Of a stretch of 64,000 bases of DNA, positions 28,165 to 37,469 are shown piece after piece; positions within the stretch are counted from its first letter, which is position 1; every line of letters starts with the position of its first letter. The notes beneath the pieces were generated by a model. That model had not been told where the DNA came from, ran no database searches, and saw nothing but the letters and a program-made list of their open reading frames with translations. Where the stretch lies: NCBI GenBank assembly GCA_043809585.1, contig JBDROZ010000070.1:15122-79121 (forward strand), read 5' to 3'. Source of the stretch: Candidatus Eiseniibacteriota bacterium (GTDB lineage Bacteria; Orphanbacterota; Orphanbacteria; Orphanbacterales; Orphanbacteraceae). The translations under genes were made by a program, and so were the position numbers.

Positions 28165-28881
28165 ATGGAAGCCTTTTTGATCGGTCTCGTGATCGGAGTC
28201 GGAGCGTCGGCGTTTTTCTGGCTTCGTACGCGGCGGAAGCGAACGCCCCGGGCGGCCGAGCCGGCCATGGTGGTCCAGTCCTTCGTGACCCAGGCCCGGG
28301 CGGTGGCCGAGCTGTCGGTCTACCGGATCCGGACCAAGGAGATCATCACCGCCTCCGACCACTGGCTCGGCGAGTTCGGGAAGAAGTACCTCACCTGGCT
28401 TTTCAGCAAGAAGCACATGACCATGATCTTCGAGTTCGTGGTCGATTTCCGGTACAGCCTGACGAGCCCCGACTTCGGCGTCGAGCTCGACGGCGGGGGG
28501 GAGTGCCGCATCACCGTCCCCGCGCCGAACCACGAAGTGCAGATCATGGACATGCTCGTCCACAGCGAGGGGAAGACCGAACTCCTCCCCTGGCTCATGC
28601 CGGACCTGCTCGAACGGGTCTTCACCGGCAACTCGTCGGTGGACGAGAAAAACCGCCTCATCGCCGAGGCGAAGCAGGAGGCCCACCGCCTCGCGGCGCG
28701 CCTCGTCCAGCAATACGAACGGGATGCCCAGCTCTCCGCCACCCGCACCCTCGAGACCATGGCCCGCGGCTTCGGCCTCGACCGCCTCTCCATTCACTTC
28801 CTCCCCGCCGGCGAGTTCCGCCCCCACGTGGACGCGTCGAACATCGAGAGAGCGTTGCCGGAACCGGATCCGGGAATCTGA
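28165..28881 (+). CDS. DUF4230-like membrane-anchored protein
   Basis: Single N-terminal TM helix (MEAFLIGLVIGVGASAFFWL) then soluble domain; family assignment from overall architecture only. Confidence 0.4.
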   Translation: MEAFLIGLVIGVGASAFFWLRTRRKRTPRAAEPAMVVQSFVTQARAVAELSVYRIRTKEIITASDHWLGEFGKKYLTWLFSKKHMTMIFEFVVDFRYSLTSPDFGVELDGGGECRITVPAPNHEVQIMDMLVHSEGKTELLPWLMPDLLERVFTGNSSVDEKNRLIAEAKQEAHRLAARLVQQYERDAQLSATRTLETMARGFGLDRLSIHFLPAGEFRPHVDASNIERALPEPDPGI

Positions 28882-29152
28882 AAGGTCGAGGACAAACCGA
28901 GAAGCCGACACGGTACGGCGCAGGTCTGCTCCCATTTTGTGAGCAAGCGGGGGTTTGGTAGGAACGGGCGGGCCGGGTGAAACGGGCCCCCGTCCGCGAG
29001 CTCCCGCACCCCGTCCGGATACTCCGCCCGAATGCCCGCCGCCATCTGCGCGAAGATCACCGCCCGCGCCGGCGCCGTGTTGATCGCCTCGAGAGGCAGC
29101 GCCACTTCGATCAGTTTCTTCTTCTTCCGATGTTCCAAGGTCACTCTCTCCA
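28794..29152 (-). pseudogene. Possible N-terminal remnant of a DUF1156-type (defence-associated) DNA methyltransferase
   Basis: The KKKKLIEVALPLEAIN...PARAVIFAQM segment resembles the conserved N-terminus of DUF1156 methylases, with the intervening [21 protein letters not shown]-like block missing. Only ~118 codons are open. It overlaps the 3' end of the DUF4230 gene on the opposite strand. Confidence 0.2.
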
Positions 29153-30298
29153 CCGGAGCTTCGTCAGCTCCGCGAGGGGCAGGGCCTCCACCTTCTCGTG
29201 AAGGCGGTAGCGGTCGGCGCCCGGATACACGACATAGAGCGCGGCGAGCCCGAGGTCCTCCAGCGCCACGTGCACGGACCGGGTCATCCCCGGCGCGTCG
29301 GCGCACTTGAACTCGAAGCCGTAACGCTTTCCCTTGCGAAGGAGGAGAAGATCCAGTTCCGCCCCCCGCTGGGTCGACCAGAAGTAGGCGTCCCGCTCCC
29401 CCGCGAGGGCCAGAACCTGCTCCAGCGCGAACCCCTCCCAGGAGGCGCCGTAGCGGGGGTGGGAGCGGAGCGCCCCCATGCTCTCGATGCCGAGCAGGTG
29501 ATGCAGGAGCCCCGAATCCCGGAGGTAGATCTTCGGTGCCTTCACCTGCCTCTTCCTCAGATTCTCGTGCCAGGGGGGGAGCACGCGGACGAGAAGTGCC
29601 CCGCTCAGAACATCCAGATAGTGGCGCGCAGTCTTCGGGGTGACGCTCATGGCCCGGGCGAGCTCCGACGCATTCCAGGTCTGGCCGTGGCAGTGGGCGA
29701 GCATCACCCAAAACCGGCGCAGGGCAGGCGCCGGAATCCGGATGCCCAGCTGCGGGATGTCCCGCTCCAGAAAGGTCGCGGCGAACCCCTCCCGCCATCG
29801 AATCGAAGCCGCCTCCCCGGGGGCCAGGAAAGAGCGCGGGAATCCCCCCCGGAGCCAGAGGCGGTTCATCCGCTCCGGTCCGACCTCGTCGATCGAGAAG
29901 CCGGGAACCTGCACGAAGAAGGCCCGCCCGGCGAGGGTCTCCGAAGCGCCCCGCACCAGGTCGGGGGAAGCGCTTCCCAGAATCAGGAACCTCGCCGGAC
30001 GAGGTCTCCGATCGGCCAAAGGCCTTAAGACTTCGTACAGACCGGGCATCCTCTGGATCTCGTCGATCACGACGAGGCCACGAAGGCCCCGGAGGGCGAT
30101 CTCCGGGGCTTCCAGGGCACGCCGGGCCGGGGCGCTTTCCAAGTCGAATACATGTAATCGTTTATGGTTTTTCGCCAGCATGCCCGCCAAGGTGGTCTTG
30201 CCCGTCTGGCGCGCCCCCAAGAGAACCGTTACCGGCGCCTCCCGGAGGCCGGTCCGGGCCGCTTTCATGATGCCTGGGCGTTCCAGTAATTGTTGCAT
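29141..30298 (-). CDS. AAA+ ATPase, COG1373 / DUF4143 family
   Basis: Walker A GARQTGKTT, Walker B VVIDEIQ, C-terminal DUF4143-like region; ~63% GC versus ~70% for the flanks. Confidence 0.65.
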   Translation of the reverse strand: MQQLLERPGIMKAARTGLREAPVTVLLGARQTGKTTLAGMLAKNHKRLHVFDLESAPARRALEAPEIALRGLRGLVVIDEIQRMPGLYEVLRPLADRRPRPARFLILGSASPDLVRGASETLAGRAFFVQVPGFSIDEVGPERMNRLWLRGGFPRSFLAPGEAASIRWREGFAATFLERDIPQLGIRIPAPALRRFWVMLAHCHGQTWNASELARAMSVTPKTARHYLDVLSGALLVRVLPPWHENLRKRQVKAPKIYLRDSGLLHHLLGIESMGALRSHPRYGASWEGFALEQVLALAGERDAYFWSTQRGAELDLLLLRKGKRYGFEFKCADAPGMTRSVHVALEDLGLAALYVVYPGADRYRLHEKVEALPLAELTKLRWRE

Positions 30299-30349
30299 AT
30301 TGGGAGTCTGTCTCCTAATTTTCAACAATGTCAAGGGGGTCTTTCCTTG

Positions 30350-30952
30350 TCATGTCGCATCGGTCTGCTGGTGCTGCCCCATGTATCCGATCACCACCTT
30401 CTTCTCTTCCGGATCCCTGGCGAAGGCGATCCGCATGGTGTGGCGCGGATCCTTGCTGCTCCCCGTTCCGACATGTTCCTCCAGAGCGTAGGCCTTGTTC
30501 CCCCGACGGGCGTGGTACCACTCCCGGTACTTCTCCACCGTCGCCTCTTTCTGGTGGGCCCGGTACCACCAATCACAGGTCGCGCGGAGGTCCATGTCGA
30601 GATTCGGACAGGACTGAACCCCCGTCTTCGAGTCGTGATAGACCGTGGCCAGCCACTCGATGACGGCCCAAACCTCCCCCTTCTCCTCGAAGAGATCCCG
30701 ATCCACCTCCAATTTGCTGTTCAGGGCGAAATCGAGGGGATCGCCATACCGATCGATGGCCCCCTCGACGACTTCGAGGGCGGGCTCGTCGCCGCGGTAA
30801 AGCATTCTATTGTCAAGTCTTCCGGAGGCCTCTTTGTAGGTGAGTTCGACGCCGACCGTTCCGTGCCACTTCGCATCTACGACCGTGACCGGTCCGGACG
30901 GATCGATGCCTTTGACGAGAGCGCCCCGAGTCAAGTCTTCCAGTCGAGCCAT
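30350..30952 (-). CDS. Hypothetical protein (200 aa), lower GC
   Basis: Clean ORF, ~60% GC, no confidently recognised domain; sits beside the COG1373 ATPase. Confidence 0.4.
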   Translation of the reverse strand: MARLEDLTRGALVKGIDPSGPVTVVDAKWHGTVGVELTYKEASGRLDNRMLYRGDEPALEVVEGAIDRYGDPLDFALNSKLEVDRDLFEEKGEVWAVIEWLATVYHDSKTGVQSCPNLDMDLRATCDWWYRAHQKEATVEKYREWYHARRGNKAYALEEHVGTGSSKDPRHTMRIAFARDPEEKKVVIGYMGQHQQTDAT

Positions 30953-31180
30953 CGGCGTCTCGGGCTCCTCTGGCCGGGAGGCCGGGTCGTGTTATGCTTT
31001 GTGAGTCATGATTCTAGCGGACAAGGACTCGTCCGCCAAGGGGATAGATCGACCGGGCCCATGGCTTTGCCCACCTGTTCCCTCGACGTGGGGGATCGGC
31101 GCGGAGTATCCTGTCGGATGGGATCGACGAACCCGAACGTGCCGGTCCCGACGAATCCCATTCAAGGAGGACGAGCTTTC

Positions 31181-31867
31181 ATGAGACGAACAGTCCTGTC
31201 TTTGACCGCCCTGACCCTCACGGTACTCGCGATCGTTCCGCCCGCCGCGGGAGGCGTCACTCCCTGGCTCGAGATCGGCGGGCGCTACGGCACGTACGCG
31301 ATGGACGACGTGAACGACGACATCGCGGCCATCGATGCGCTGATCTGGCCCACGAGGTTCGACGAGATCTCCGGCGGACTCGGATTCGGAACGGGCGCCG
31401 GACTCCGGGTCTCGCCGAACCTCGACATCGGTATCCGGTACGAGCGGTTCATGGCCAAGTCGGAGGCGTCCGATTTCAGCGGCTCCATTACCTACGACTT
31501 CGGGGCGAACGGCCTCTTCGGGTTCATGGAGTACCGCTTTCCCTCTTCCTCGAAGATCTCCGGCGGGATCGGCGCCGGAGGAGGATTGGTGGTTTCATCG
31601 GGCGAGGTGGGGCTCACGGTGACCGGTGTGGGCTCTGTCAGCGGCGACACCGAGGGATCGGGCCCCCTGCTCCAAGGCTACGGATTCATCGACCTTCCCC
31701 TCTCGCCGCGGGTGTCGATCATTCCGAGCGCCGGCTATCGGTACGCCAAGGTCTCGTCACTGGAGATCGACGGACTCCCGGTCTACAACGCCGACGGGTC
31801 AGATTACTCCGTCGACTACAGCGGCGTCTTCCTCTCCGCTTCGATCCGGTTTCTTCTGGGGGGATAG
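31181..31867 (+). CDS. Outer-membrane beta-barrel protein (OmpW/porin-like small barrel)
   Basis: AGGAGG SD, signal peptide MRRTVLSLTALTLTVLAIVPPAAG, alternating Gly/Tyr/hydrophobic strands. Confidence 0.45.
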   Translation: MRRTVLSLTALTLTVLAIVPPAAGGVTPWLEIGGRYGTYAMDDVNDDIAAIDALIWPTRFDEISGGLGFGTGAGLRVSPNLDIGIRYERFMAKSEASDFSGSITYDFGANGLFGFMEYRFPSSSKISGGIGAGGGLVVSSGEVGLTVTGVGSVSGDTEGSGPLLQGYGFIDLPLSPRVSIIPSAGYRYAKVSSLEIDGLPVYNADGSDYSVDYSGVFLSASIRFLLGG

Positions 31868-31908
31868 GGGCCCGCTACCTGCTTCATCCGACCCCCGGGC
31901 CGCCCCTC

Positions 31909-32922
31909 CTACCGCCCGAAGATCTTCCCGAGCGCCTTCTTCCCTTCCATCATTCCCCTCGCCGCGGGGGAGCGGTACCAGCGCGTTTCCATATAGGGGA
32001 CGAGCGCGCCGCCGAAGCCCGCCTTGAAGGCGGCGATGGTGGGCGTGTTGGCGCCCATCATGTCGAAGGAAGTGAACTCGCCCCGAAGGTCGGCGAGGAT
32101 GCGCCAGACGAGGTAGGGTGTCGCGCCCTGGCTTACGAGGTCGGGATCGGAGCCGGCGACCCAGTCGTACGCGTCCCCTTCGCCGAGGACGACCGCCCGG
32201 AAAGCGTGGACCTTGCCGTCCGCTCCCTCGGCGACGTACGCGCGCGCGATTCCCTCGGCGGCGAGCCCGCGGAACCAGGCGGCGAGCGTCTCGGGGGGGA
32301 GCGGAGGCGGTTCGTCGTGGCGCCCGTAGCTCGCGGCCCACATCCGGGCCACGTCGTCGATCCGCTCCGCCCGCTTCACGACGACACCCTCTTTCTCCGC
32401 TTTGCCGATCTGTTTGCGGAGGTTGTGGCGGAAGTCGCCCTGCATTTCATCGGGCGGGCCGATCTCCATGCGGAACGTATACCTCGGGATCGTCTCCCAG
32501 CCGTTCCACGGAAACGGGCGGAGGTCGGGCAGGCTCGGGTGGTGAACGAACCACGCCACGGCGCACGCCTTCCGCACCCCTTCTTCGAGGGCGGCGACGG
32601 AGCGGAGGATCTCGTCGGTCACGGCGCACCGCCGCGACGCCTCGGGGACGGTCACGTAGAAGCCCGGGTATCCGGTGAGGAGCGGGGGAAGAACCAAGTC
32701 CATGCCCAGTTTGCGCAGGGCGAAGCCGCCGCACCCGGCGACGAGATTGCCGTTCTTGCGGCAGCCGAAAAGCCGCCACTCCTTGTTGCCGAGGCTCTCG
32801 GCGGCGATCCGTTGCCAGGCGGCGGTCGCGAAGGGGGTGAACTGAGGCGTCCCGCGAACGAACCTGTCCCACTCTTCCGTCTCGCTCCCGGTCAGGACGT
32901 CCACTTCATACCGGTCGGCCAT
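31909..32922 (-). CDS. GNAT/FemAB-like acyltransferase (Acetyltransf_6-type)
   Basis: Two-lobed FemAB-like architecture with a C-terminal GNAT-like region (LVWRILADLRGEFTSFDMMGANTPTIAAFKAGFGG). Confidence 0.45.
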   Translation of the reverse strand: MADRYEVDVLTGSETEEWDRFVRGTPQFTPFATAAWQRIAAESLGNKEWRLFGCRKNGNLVAGCGGFALRKLGMDLVLPPLLTGYPGFYVTVPEASRRCAVTDEILRSVAALEEGVRKACAVAWFVHHPSLPDLRPFPWNGWETIPRYTFRMEIGPPDEMQGDFRHNLRKQIGKAEKEGVVVKRAERIDDVARMWAASYGRHDEPPPLPPETLAAWFRGLAAEGIARAYVAEGADGKVHAFRAVVLGEGDAYDWVAGSDPDLVSQGATPYLVWRILADLRGEFTSFDMMGANTPTIAAFKAGFGGALVPYMETRWYRSPAARGMMEGKKALGKIFGR

Positions 32923-33285
32923 GGCCCCCTCCGATCGACGGCATCATAGCAGATGAAAACCGATGGAAACACCCCCCCGATCCCTCCACGCCCCCTTTTG
33001 AATTCACGTTGAAAAGAAAGAAGATGGGCGTCCCCCTGGTCCCGGGCCGGGCAATGCGGCAGTTGCCCCGGCCGGCAAGGGCAATAATTGTACAGCATTA
33101 ATATTTGCTTGTAGGAAACGGTGTCTCTGGGTTACACTTGCTGTCGGCGGAGTGAAAGTGAAGTGCATATTGGGGGTGTGGTGCAACCGCGATGCCGCTC
33201 TTTCCCTTCGTCCGCCAAGACGTGCCACACCGAACCCGTCGGAGAATCTCACAAACGGAGAACGCCGCCGAGAGAGGAGAGATTC

Positions 33286-34074
33286 ATGAGAACAGGGAAA
33301 ACAACGCCACTGTTTCTATCCCTGGCCGTAATTGGGTTGTTGGTGGGCGCCGTCCCGAACGCTTCGGCTGTTGTGAACGGCGACTTCGAGGCGGGCGCCG
33401 CTCCTTGGAAGGGGAACGGCGCGAGGGTCAAAGGAATCAACCTCCCGATTCCCCCGGGAGTCGTTCCCATGGGCCCCCAGCACGCAGGCTGGATGCAGGC
33501 GGGCGGTGTACCAGAGCGCATCAGGCAGACGTTCGATTGTGTTCCTCCGGTACCTCCTCCGGAGGCGCATTGCACGGTGACGTTCGATTGGCTCTTTTGG
33601 AAGCGGAATCCCGGTGATGTGGCTCGCGTCGTGCTGCAAAGTGCCGGAGGGGTCTTCGTCGGCATTATCCCCGGAGCGAATCCGCCCTTGCAGGGGCATG
33701 ACTCGATCTCGATTCCGGGCTGTGTGAATCCGACCGAGATCGACTTCTACCTGTTCAATCCGGGGAACCCTCCAGGTTTTGGTGCGATCAAGTCTGTTCT
33801 GGTCGTCGACAATGTCGTTTGCGAGTGCCTGGAAGGGAACCACACCACATTGCAGCAGGGGAGTCTGGGAGAGATCCCGGAGACCGTACCCCCACCGGAC
33901 CAAGACATTCCGGACCGGGAGGATTTCGACTGCGACGAAGACGGTGTCTACGACTTCCAGGAACTGGTCGAAGGAACTCAGGTCGACGAGAATGAGAACT
34001 GGGTCCCGGACGATTGTGAAGCGACCGGTACCGAGAGCGGAAGCTGGGGTGGAGTGAAGACCCTCTTCCGTTAG
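33286..34074 (+). CDS. Secreted Cys-containing hypothetical protein
   Basis: GAGAGGAGAG SD, signal peptide MRTGKTTPLFLSLAVIGLLVGAVPNASA, 10 Cys residues, acidic D/E-rich C-terminal third. Confidence 0.45.
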   Translation: MRTGKTTPLFLSLAVIGLLVGAVPNASAVVNGDFEAGAAPWKGNGARVKGINLPIPPGVVPMGPQHAGWMQAGGVPERIRQTFDCVPPVPPPEAHCTVTFDWLFWKRNPGDVARVVLQSAGGVFVGIIPGANPPLQGHDSISIPGCVNPTEIDFYLFNPGNPPGFGAIKSVLVVDNVVCECLEGNHTTLQQGSLGEIPETVPPPDQDIPDREDFDCDEDGVYDFQELVEGTQVDENENWVPDDCEATGTESGSWGGVKTLFR

Positions 34075-34093
34075 CAGGAGAGAGAGAGAGGCG

Positions 34094-34121
34094 GCGGCGC
34101 GGAAGCCCGGGTGCCTATCCC
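34094..34121 (+). terminator. Rho-independent terminator hairpin
   Basis: agcccggg-tgcctatc-cccgggct followed by tttt, 20 nt after the stop at 34074. Confidence 0.55.
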
Positions 34122-34311
34122 CGGGCTTTTCTCGTGCATACGAGGACCGCCGCCCGGCCCCGAGCGGACCCTTCCCCTGCGAGGTACACCCCGACAGCGG
34201 CTGACGGCGAGGCCCTCGGGCCACGACAGGGCATCGAGAGGGATTGCACCCAGGCGATTGCGACGGCCCTCCTGATCCGAGCCTTCGGGGCCGACTTATC
34301 CTCCTCGGAGA

Positions 34312-34977
34312 CTAGCGTCGCCGGACCGTCAGCCGAAGAGCGGGCAGGTCGCCGATGGTCGCCACGACCTCGTCCCCCTCCACGAGGGGGCCGACGCCTT
34401 CGGGGGTGCCGGTGAGGAGAAGGTCCCCCTCTTCGAGGGTCATGTACCGGGAAGCGTGGGAGATGAGTTCGGCGGGGTCGAAGACCATTCGGGAGGTGCT
34501 CGCCTTCTGCCGCACCGCGCCGTTCACGGTGAGGGACATCACGAGGTCTCGCGGGTCCGGCACGGTCGAGGCCGGGGCGAAGTCGCCCACCGGCGCGGAC
34601 CCGTCGAATCCTTTCGACATCGTCCACGGCCGCCCCCCTCTCTTCGCTTCCGATTGAAGGTCCCGGAGCGTGAGGTCCAACGCGATGCCGTAGCCGGCGA
34701 CGAGATCGGGAGCGTCCGCGGGAGAGACGTCCTTCCCCCCCGCACCGAGAAGAACGGCGAGCTCGAGCTCGTGATGAAGAAGTCCGAAGGAGGCCGGTAC
34801 GAAGAGACCGCCGCCGTCCGGCCGGACGACGGCGGTTCGCGGTTTCAAGAAGAAGAAAGGTTCGTCGGGGACCGTCTCGCCCATTTCCCCGGCGTGGGCG
34901 GCGTAGTTTCTCCCGACACAGAGGACCTTGCGGATCGGGAAGTCTTCTCCGCCGAGACGGACCGAGCCGACGGTCAA
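34312..34977 (-). CDS. Fumarylacetoacetate hydrolase (FAH) family protein
   Basis: KVLCVGRNYAAHAGEMG...FFLKP...LDLTLRDLQ...TGTPEGVGPL motifs of FAH-fold hydrolases/isomerases. Confidence 0.75.
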   Translation of the reverse strand: MTVGSVRLGGEDFPIRKVLCVGRNYAAHAGEMGETVPDEPFFFLKPRTAVVRPDGGGLFVPASFGLLHHELELAVLLGAGGKDVSPADAPDLVAGYGIALDLTLRDLQSEAKRGGRPWTMSKGFDGSAPVGDFAPASTVPDPRDLVMSLTVNGAVRQKASTSRMVFDPAELISHASRYMTLEEGDLLLTGTPEGVGPLVEGDEVVATIGDLPALRLTVRRR

Positions 34978-36950
34978 GGGGCGTCGCTCCTGACGCGCAC
35001 GACCGCCTCGCCCGTCGCCGTCACGCCGTCGGCGGTGATCGCCGTCGCCCGGATCGTCCCCTCGCCCCCCGGCACGGTGCCGAGGAAAACCACCGGGGCG
35101 GGTCCGGAGCCGTCGTCCGGAATCGGAGGCACCGGGGTCGAGCCGCCGCTCGGGTCGCCCCCCGGGCGGGCGTCGAGGGAATCGTCGTAATCGGGAAAGT
35201 GCGGGCCTTCATAGGGGACGAGAGCCCCGATGTTCCCGACGAGCTCCCACTCCACGTCCACGCCCCACATGAGGTCGCCCCGGGTATCGAAAGCGTAGGC
35301 GAAAACGACCGCGCTGTCCCCGGCGGACGCCTCGACCGGGTTCGGCCGGATCTCGACCCTGCTGAGCGCCGGAGCCGGCTCGATTCTCACGGGAACGCTC
35401 TTCACGATGACATTGTTCGACAGGACGTCGGTGATCGTGACAGTCACGACCCCCTCCCCTACATTCTCGGCCCGGAGCCAGGCGCCCTCCGGCCCGGGGA
35501 GCGGCGATCCGTCCGGCGGCCTCGGCATGTCGGGATCCCCGCCACCCCCCTGCCCCGGCTCGGGGCCGGTCGTCCCCCCTTCGCCGAAGCCGTCGTCGCC
35601 GAAGTCACCGTCCCCCCAATCGCCATCCGGCCCCATCCACGGAATCGCGAAGGGCTCGATCGTTCCGAGATCCGCCGGCGTGACCGACCACTCGTACTCG
35701 AGGTCCTCCATGGAGCGGTCCCACTCGTTCAGACCCCGCGCGAAGAAGTAGCCCCCTCCGCCCACGGTGAGCAGCGCGTCTTCCGGGCGAAGGTCCGCCG
35801 AGGTCAACTCGCCCCGGTCGTACACCGTGACATAGACGAAGGTCCGCCAATCCGCCCCCTCGGCCTGCACCGTAATGCTCCCCTCCGCCTCGGGGCTGAT
35901 GTCCGGGTTCGCCGTGAAGCGGGCGAGGCGCACCGCGTCCGGATCGACCGGAAACGGCGGGAACACCGGCCCCTCCGGCGGAACCGGGTCCGTCGGGTTG
36001 CCCGGTCCTTCATCGTCCGGGTCGCCGGCGAAGTCGCCCTCTACGGCGCCCCCGCCCCCGCCCATCGGGTACCCATGGTCGATCCACATTTCATTGAGGA
36101 GCCACTCGAGGATGTTCGCCCGCTCGTCGGCGGGGAGGTCGTCCGCCGCCACGATCGTTCCGATGCCGGAGGGAAATACCCCCCAGAGGAGGTTCGCATC
36201 GGCGTCGACGTGCCCCGCCCCGTTGACCGCCCACGCGGCGAGATATCGCTCGCCCCCCGCGGGGATTCTGAATCTCCACGACGGCCGGAGTTCGATCCGC
36301 ACCACGTCGCCGTCGGCGACCACTTCGATCGGCGCCTCCGCCCGGACGTCGTCCCGGAAAGACGCGACGATCGTCCCCCGCCCGACGGCGGTGCCGATGA
36401 AGATCCCCTCCCGGGAGATCACGCCGATCGGCCTTTCGGAGCGGATCGACCAGGTCGGCCGGTAGCCGATGGCCGGATAAGAGCCGTCCTCCATCGCGTA
36501 GAGGCCGCCCGCCCAGAAGTGCGCGCTTTCGAGAATGCCGACCCGCGCCCCGTCCGGGTAAATGCCGAACTCGCCCAGCACCGCGTCCCGCGGAAGGACC
36601 GTGATGTCCACGCGCACCGTGTCGCCGCCGTGGACGCTCACCTCGATCCGGTTGCTTTGATAGGAGGACCCGGCCCCGGCGTCGACCACGACCGTCACGT
36701 TCCCCGACTCGAGCCCGTCGAAAACGAAAGACCCGTCGGCGCCGGTCACCGTCGTCCGGTCGGTCCCTTCGATGCGGACCGTGACGCCGGCCAGGTTTTC
36801 GGGGGAATCGGAACCGTCGGTCACCTGGCCGCGAAGAACGCCCGGGCCGTCCTCCGGATCGACCGGACCGCTCTCGTTGCCGGAGCACGCGAGAAGAAGC
36901 ATCGAAAGAAGAACAACGGGAATCACCGGAAACAAACGCGGCAACCGCAT
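34974..36950 (-). CDS. Lipoprotein with carboxypeptidase-regulatory-like and bacterial Ig-like (Big) domains
   Basis: MRLPRLFPVIPVVLLSMLLLACSG lipobox, CarboxypepD_reg-like GVTVRIEGTDRTTVTGADGSFVF, repeated Big-like beta-sandwich segments; its stop overlaps the FAH start by 4 bp. Confidence 0.55.
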   Translation of the reverse strand: MRLPRLFPVIPVVLLSMLLLACSGNESGPVDPEDGPGVLRGQVTDGSDSPENLAGVTVRIEGTDRTTVTGADGSFVFDGLESGNVTVVVDAGAGSSYQSNRIEVSVHGGDTVRVDITVLPRDAVLGEFGIYPDGARVGILESAHFWAGGLYAMEDGSYPAIGYRPTWSIRSERPIGVISREGIFIGTAVGRGTIVASFRDDVRAEAPIEVVADGDVVRIELRPSWRFRIPAGGERYLAAWAVNGAGHVDADANLLWGVFPSGIGTIVAADDLPADERANILEWLLNEMWIDHGYPMGGGGGAVEGDFAGDPDDEGPGNPTDPVPPEGPVFPPFPVDPDAVRLARFTANPDISPEAEGSITVQAEGADWRTFVYVTVYDRGELTSADLRPEDALLTVGGGGYFFARGLNEWDRSMEDLEYEWSVTPADLGTIEPFAIPWMGPDGDWGDGDFGDDGFGEGGTTGPEPGQGGGGDPDMPRPPDGSPLPGPEGAWLRAENVGEGVVTVTITDVLSNNVIVKSVPVRIEPAPALSRVEIRPNPVEASAGDSAVVFAYAFDTRGDLMWGVDVEWELVGNIGALVPYEGPHFPDYDDSLDARPGGDPSGGSTPVPPIPDDGSGPAPVVFLGTVPGGEGTIRATAITADGVTATGEAVVRVRSDAP

Positions 36951-37132
36951 GATTGGCCCTCCTAGGGGGTTACAACTATTCAGTTTACCGCGCCGTTGCT
37001 CATCCGTCAATCGACGATTTGGTGCGTTTCGGCCCGATCTACCGTTCCGTTTCGTGCACCGGCGCCGATTTGGCGTCCTCGGCCTCTTTCTCGGGGTCGG
37101 TCCGACACTCGGACCGGAAGGCGCTACCTCAC

Positions 37133-37219
37133 GTGGGGACGCCGAGTTTCGGCAGCACCACCCGCGTGAGGAGGAAGTAGATCACCAGGGCGCCGACGAT
37201 GTAGAGTCCATTCATTCCG
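37133..37219 (-). CDS. Candidate 28-aa single-TM micro-protein (MNGLYIVGALVIYFLLTRVVLPKLGVPT)
   Basis: GGAGGAG SD 6 nt upstream of the ATG; hydrophobic helix; last ORF of the minus-strand operon; below the 60-aa cut-off of the ORF track. Confidence 0.3.
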
Positions 37220-37235
37220 GTTCTCCTCCATCCTC

Positions 37236-37457
37236 TCATCGCACGGAGGCCGCGGACCGCGCGTCCGGACATTCCGGCTTTCCGGTCGCCTTCAGGATTT
37301 TGTCCAGCGGGCAGAACAGGGTGAAGGCCGATTGGATCATGTTCAGGCCGATGAACACCGTGAAGAGCGGGGCGTAGGGCGTCACGAACCGACCGATCGC
37401 CAGGCTTCCGAGGATCATCAGGCCCACCACCACTCGAAACATCTCCTTCTGGGTCAT
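37236..37457 (-). CDS. DUF2892-family small membrane protein (YgaP-like)
   Basis: Two TM helices and the conserved IQSAFTLFCP motif (QSAFTGxCP) of DUF2892. Confidence 0.55.
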   Translation of the reverse strand: MTQKEMFRVVVGLMILGSLAIGRFVTPYAPLFTVFIGLNMIQSAFTLFCPLDKILKATGKPECPDARSAASVR

Positions 37458-37469
37458 CGCTCTCTCTCC

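Noticed and set aside
28794-29798. 334-codon minus-strand ORF overlapping the COG1373 ATPase
   Set aside because: Not called as a full CDS because the part upstream of 29152 is an alternative frame of the ATPase gene. Only the short 3' segment is retained, as a possible methylase remnant.
35199-36965. 588-codon plus-strand ORF opposite the Big-domain lipoprotein
   Set aside because: Antisense to a gene with lipobox, CarboxypepD_reg and Ig-like features; translation is Arg/Pro/Gly/Asp-rich low-complexity.
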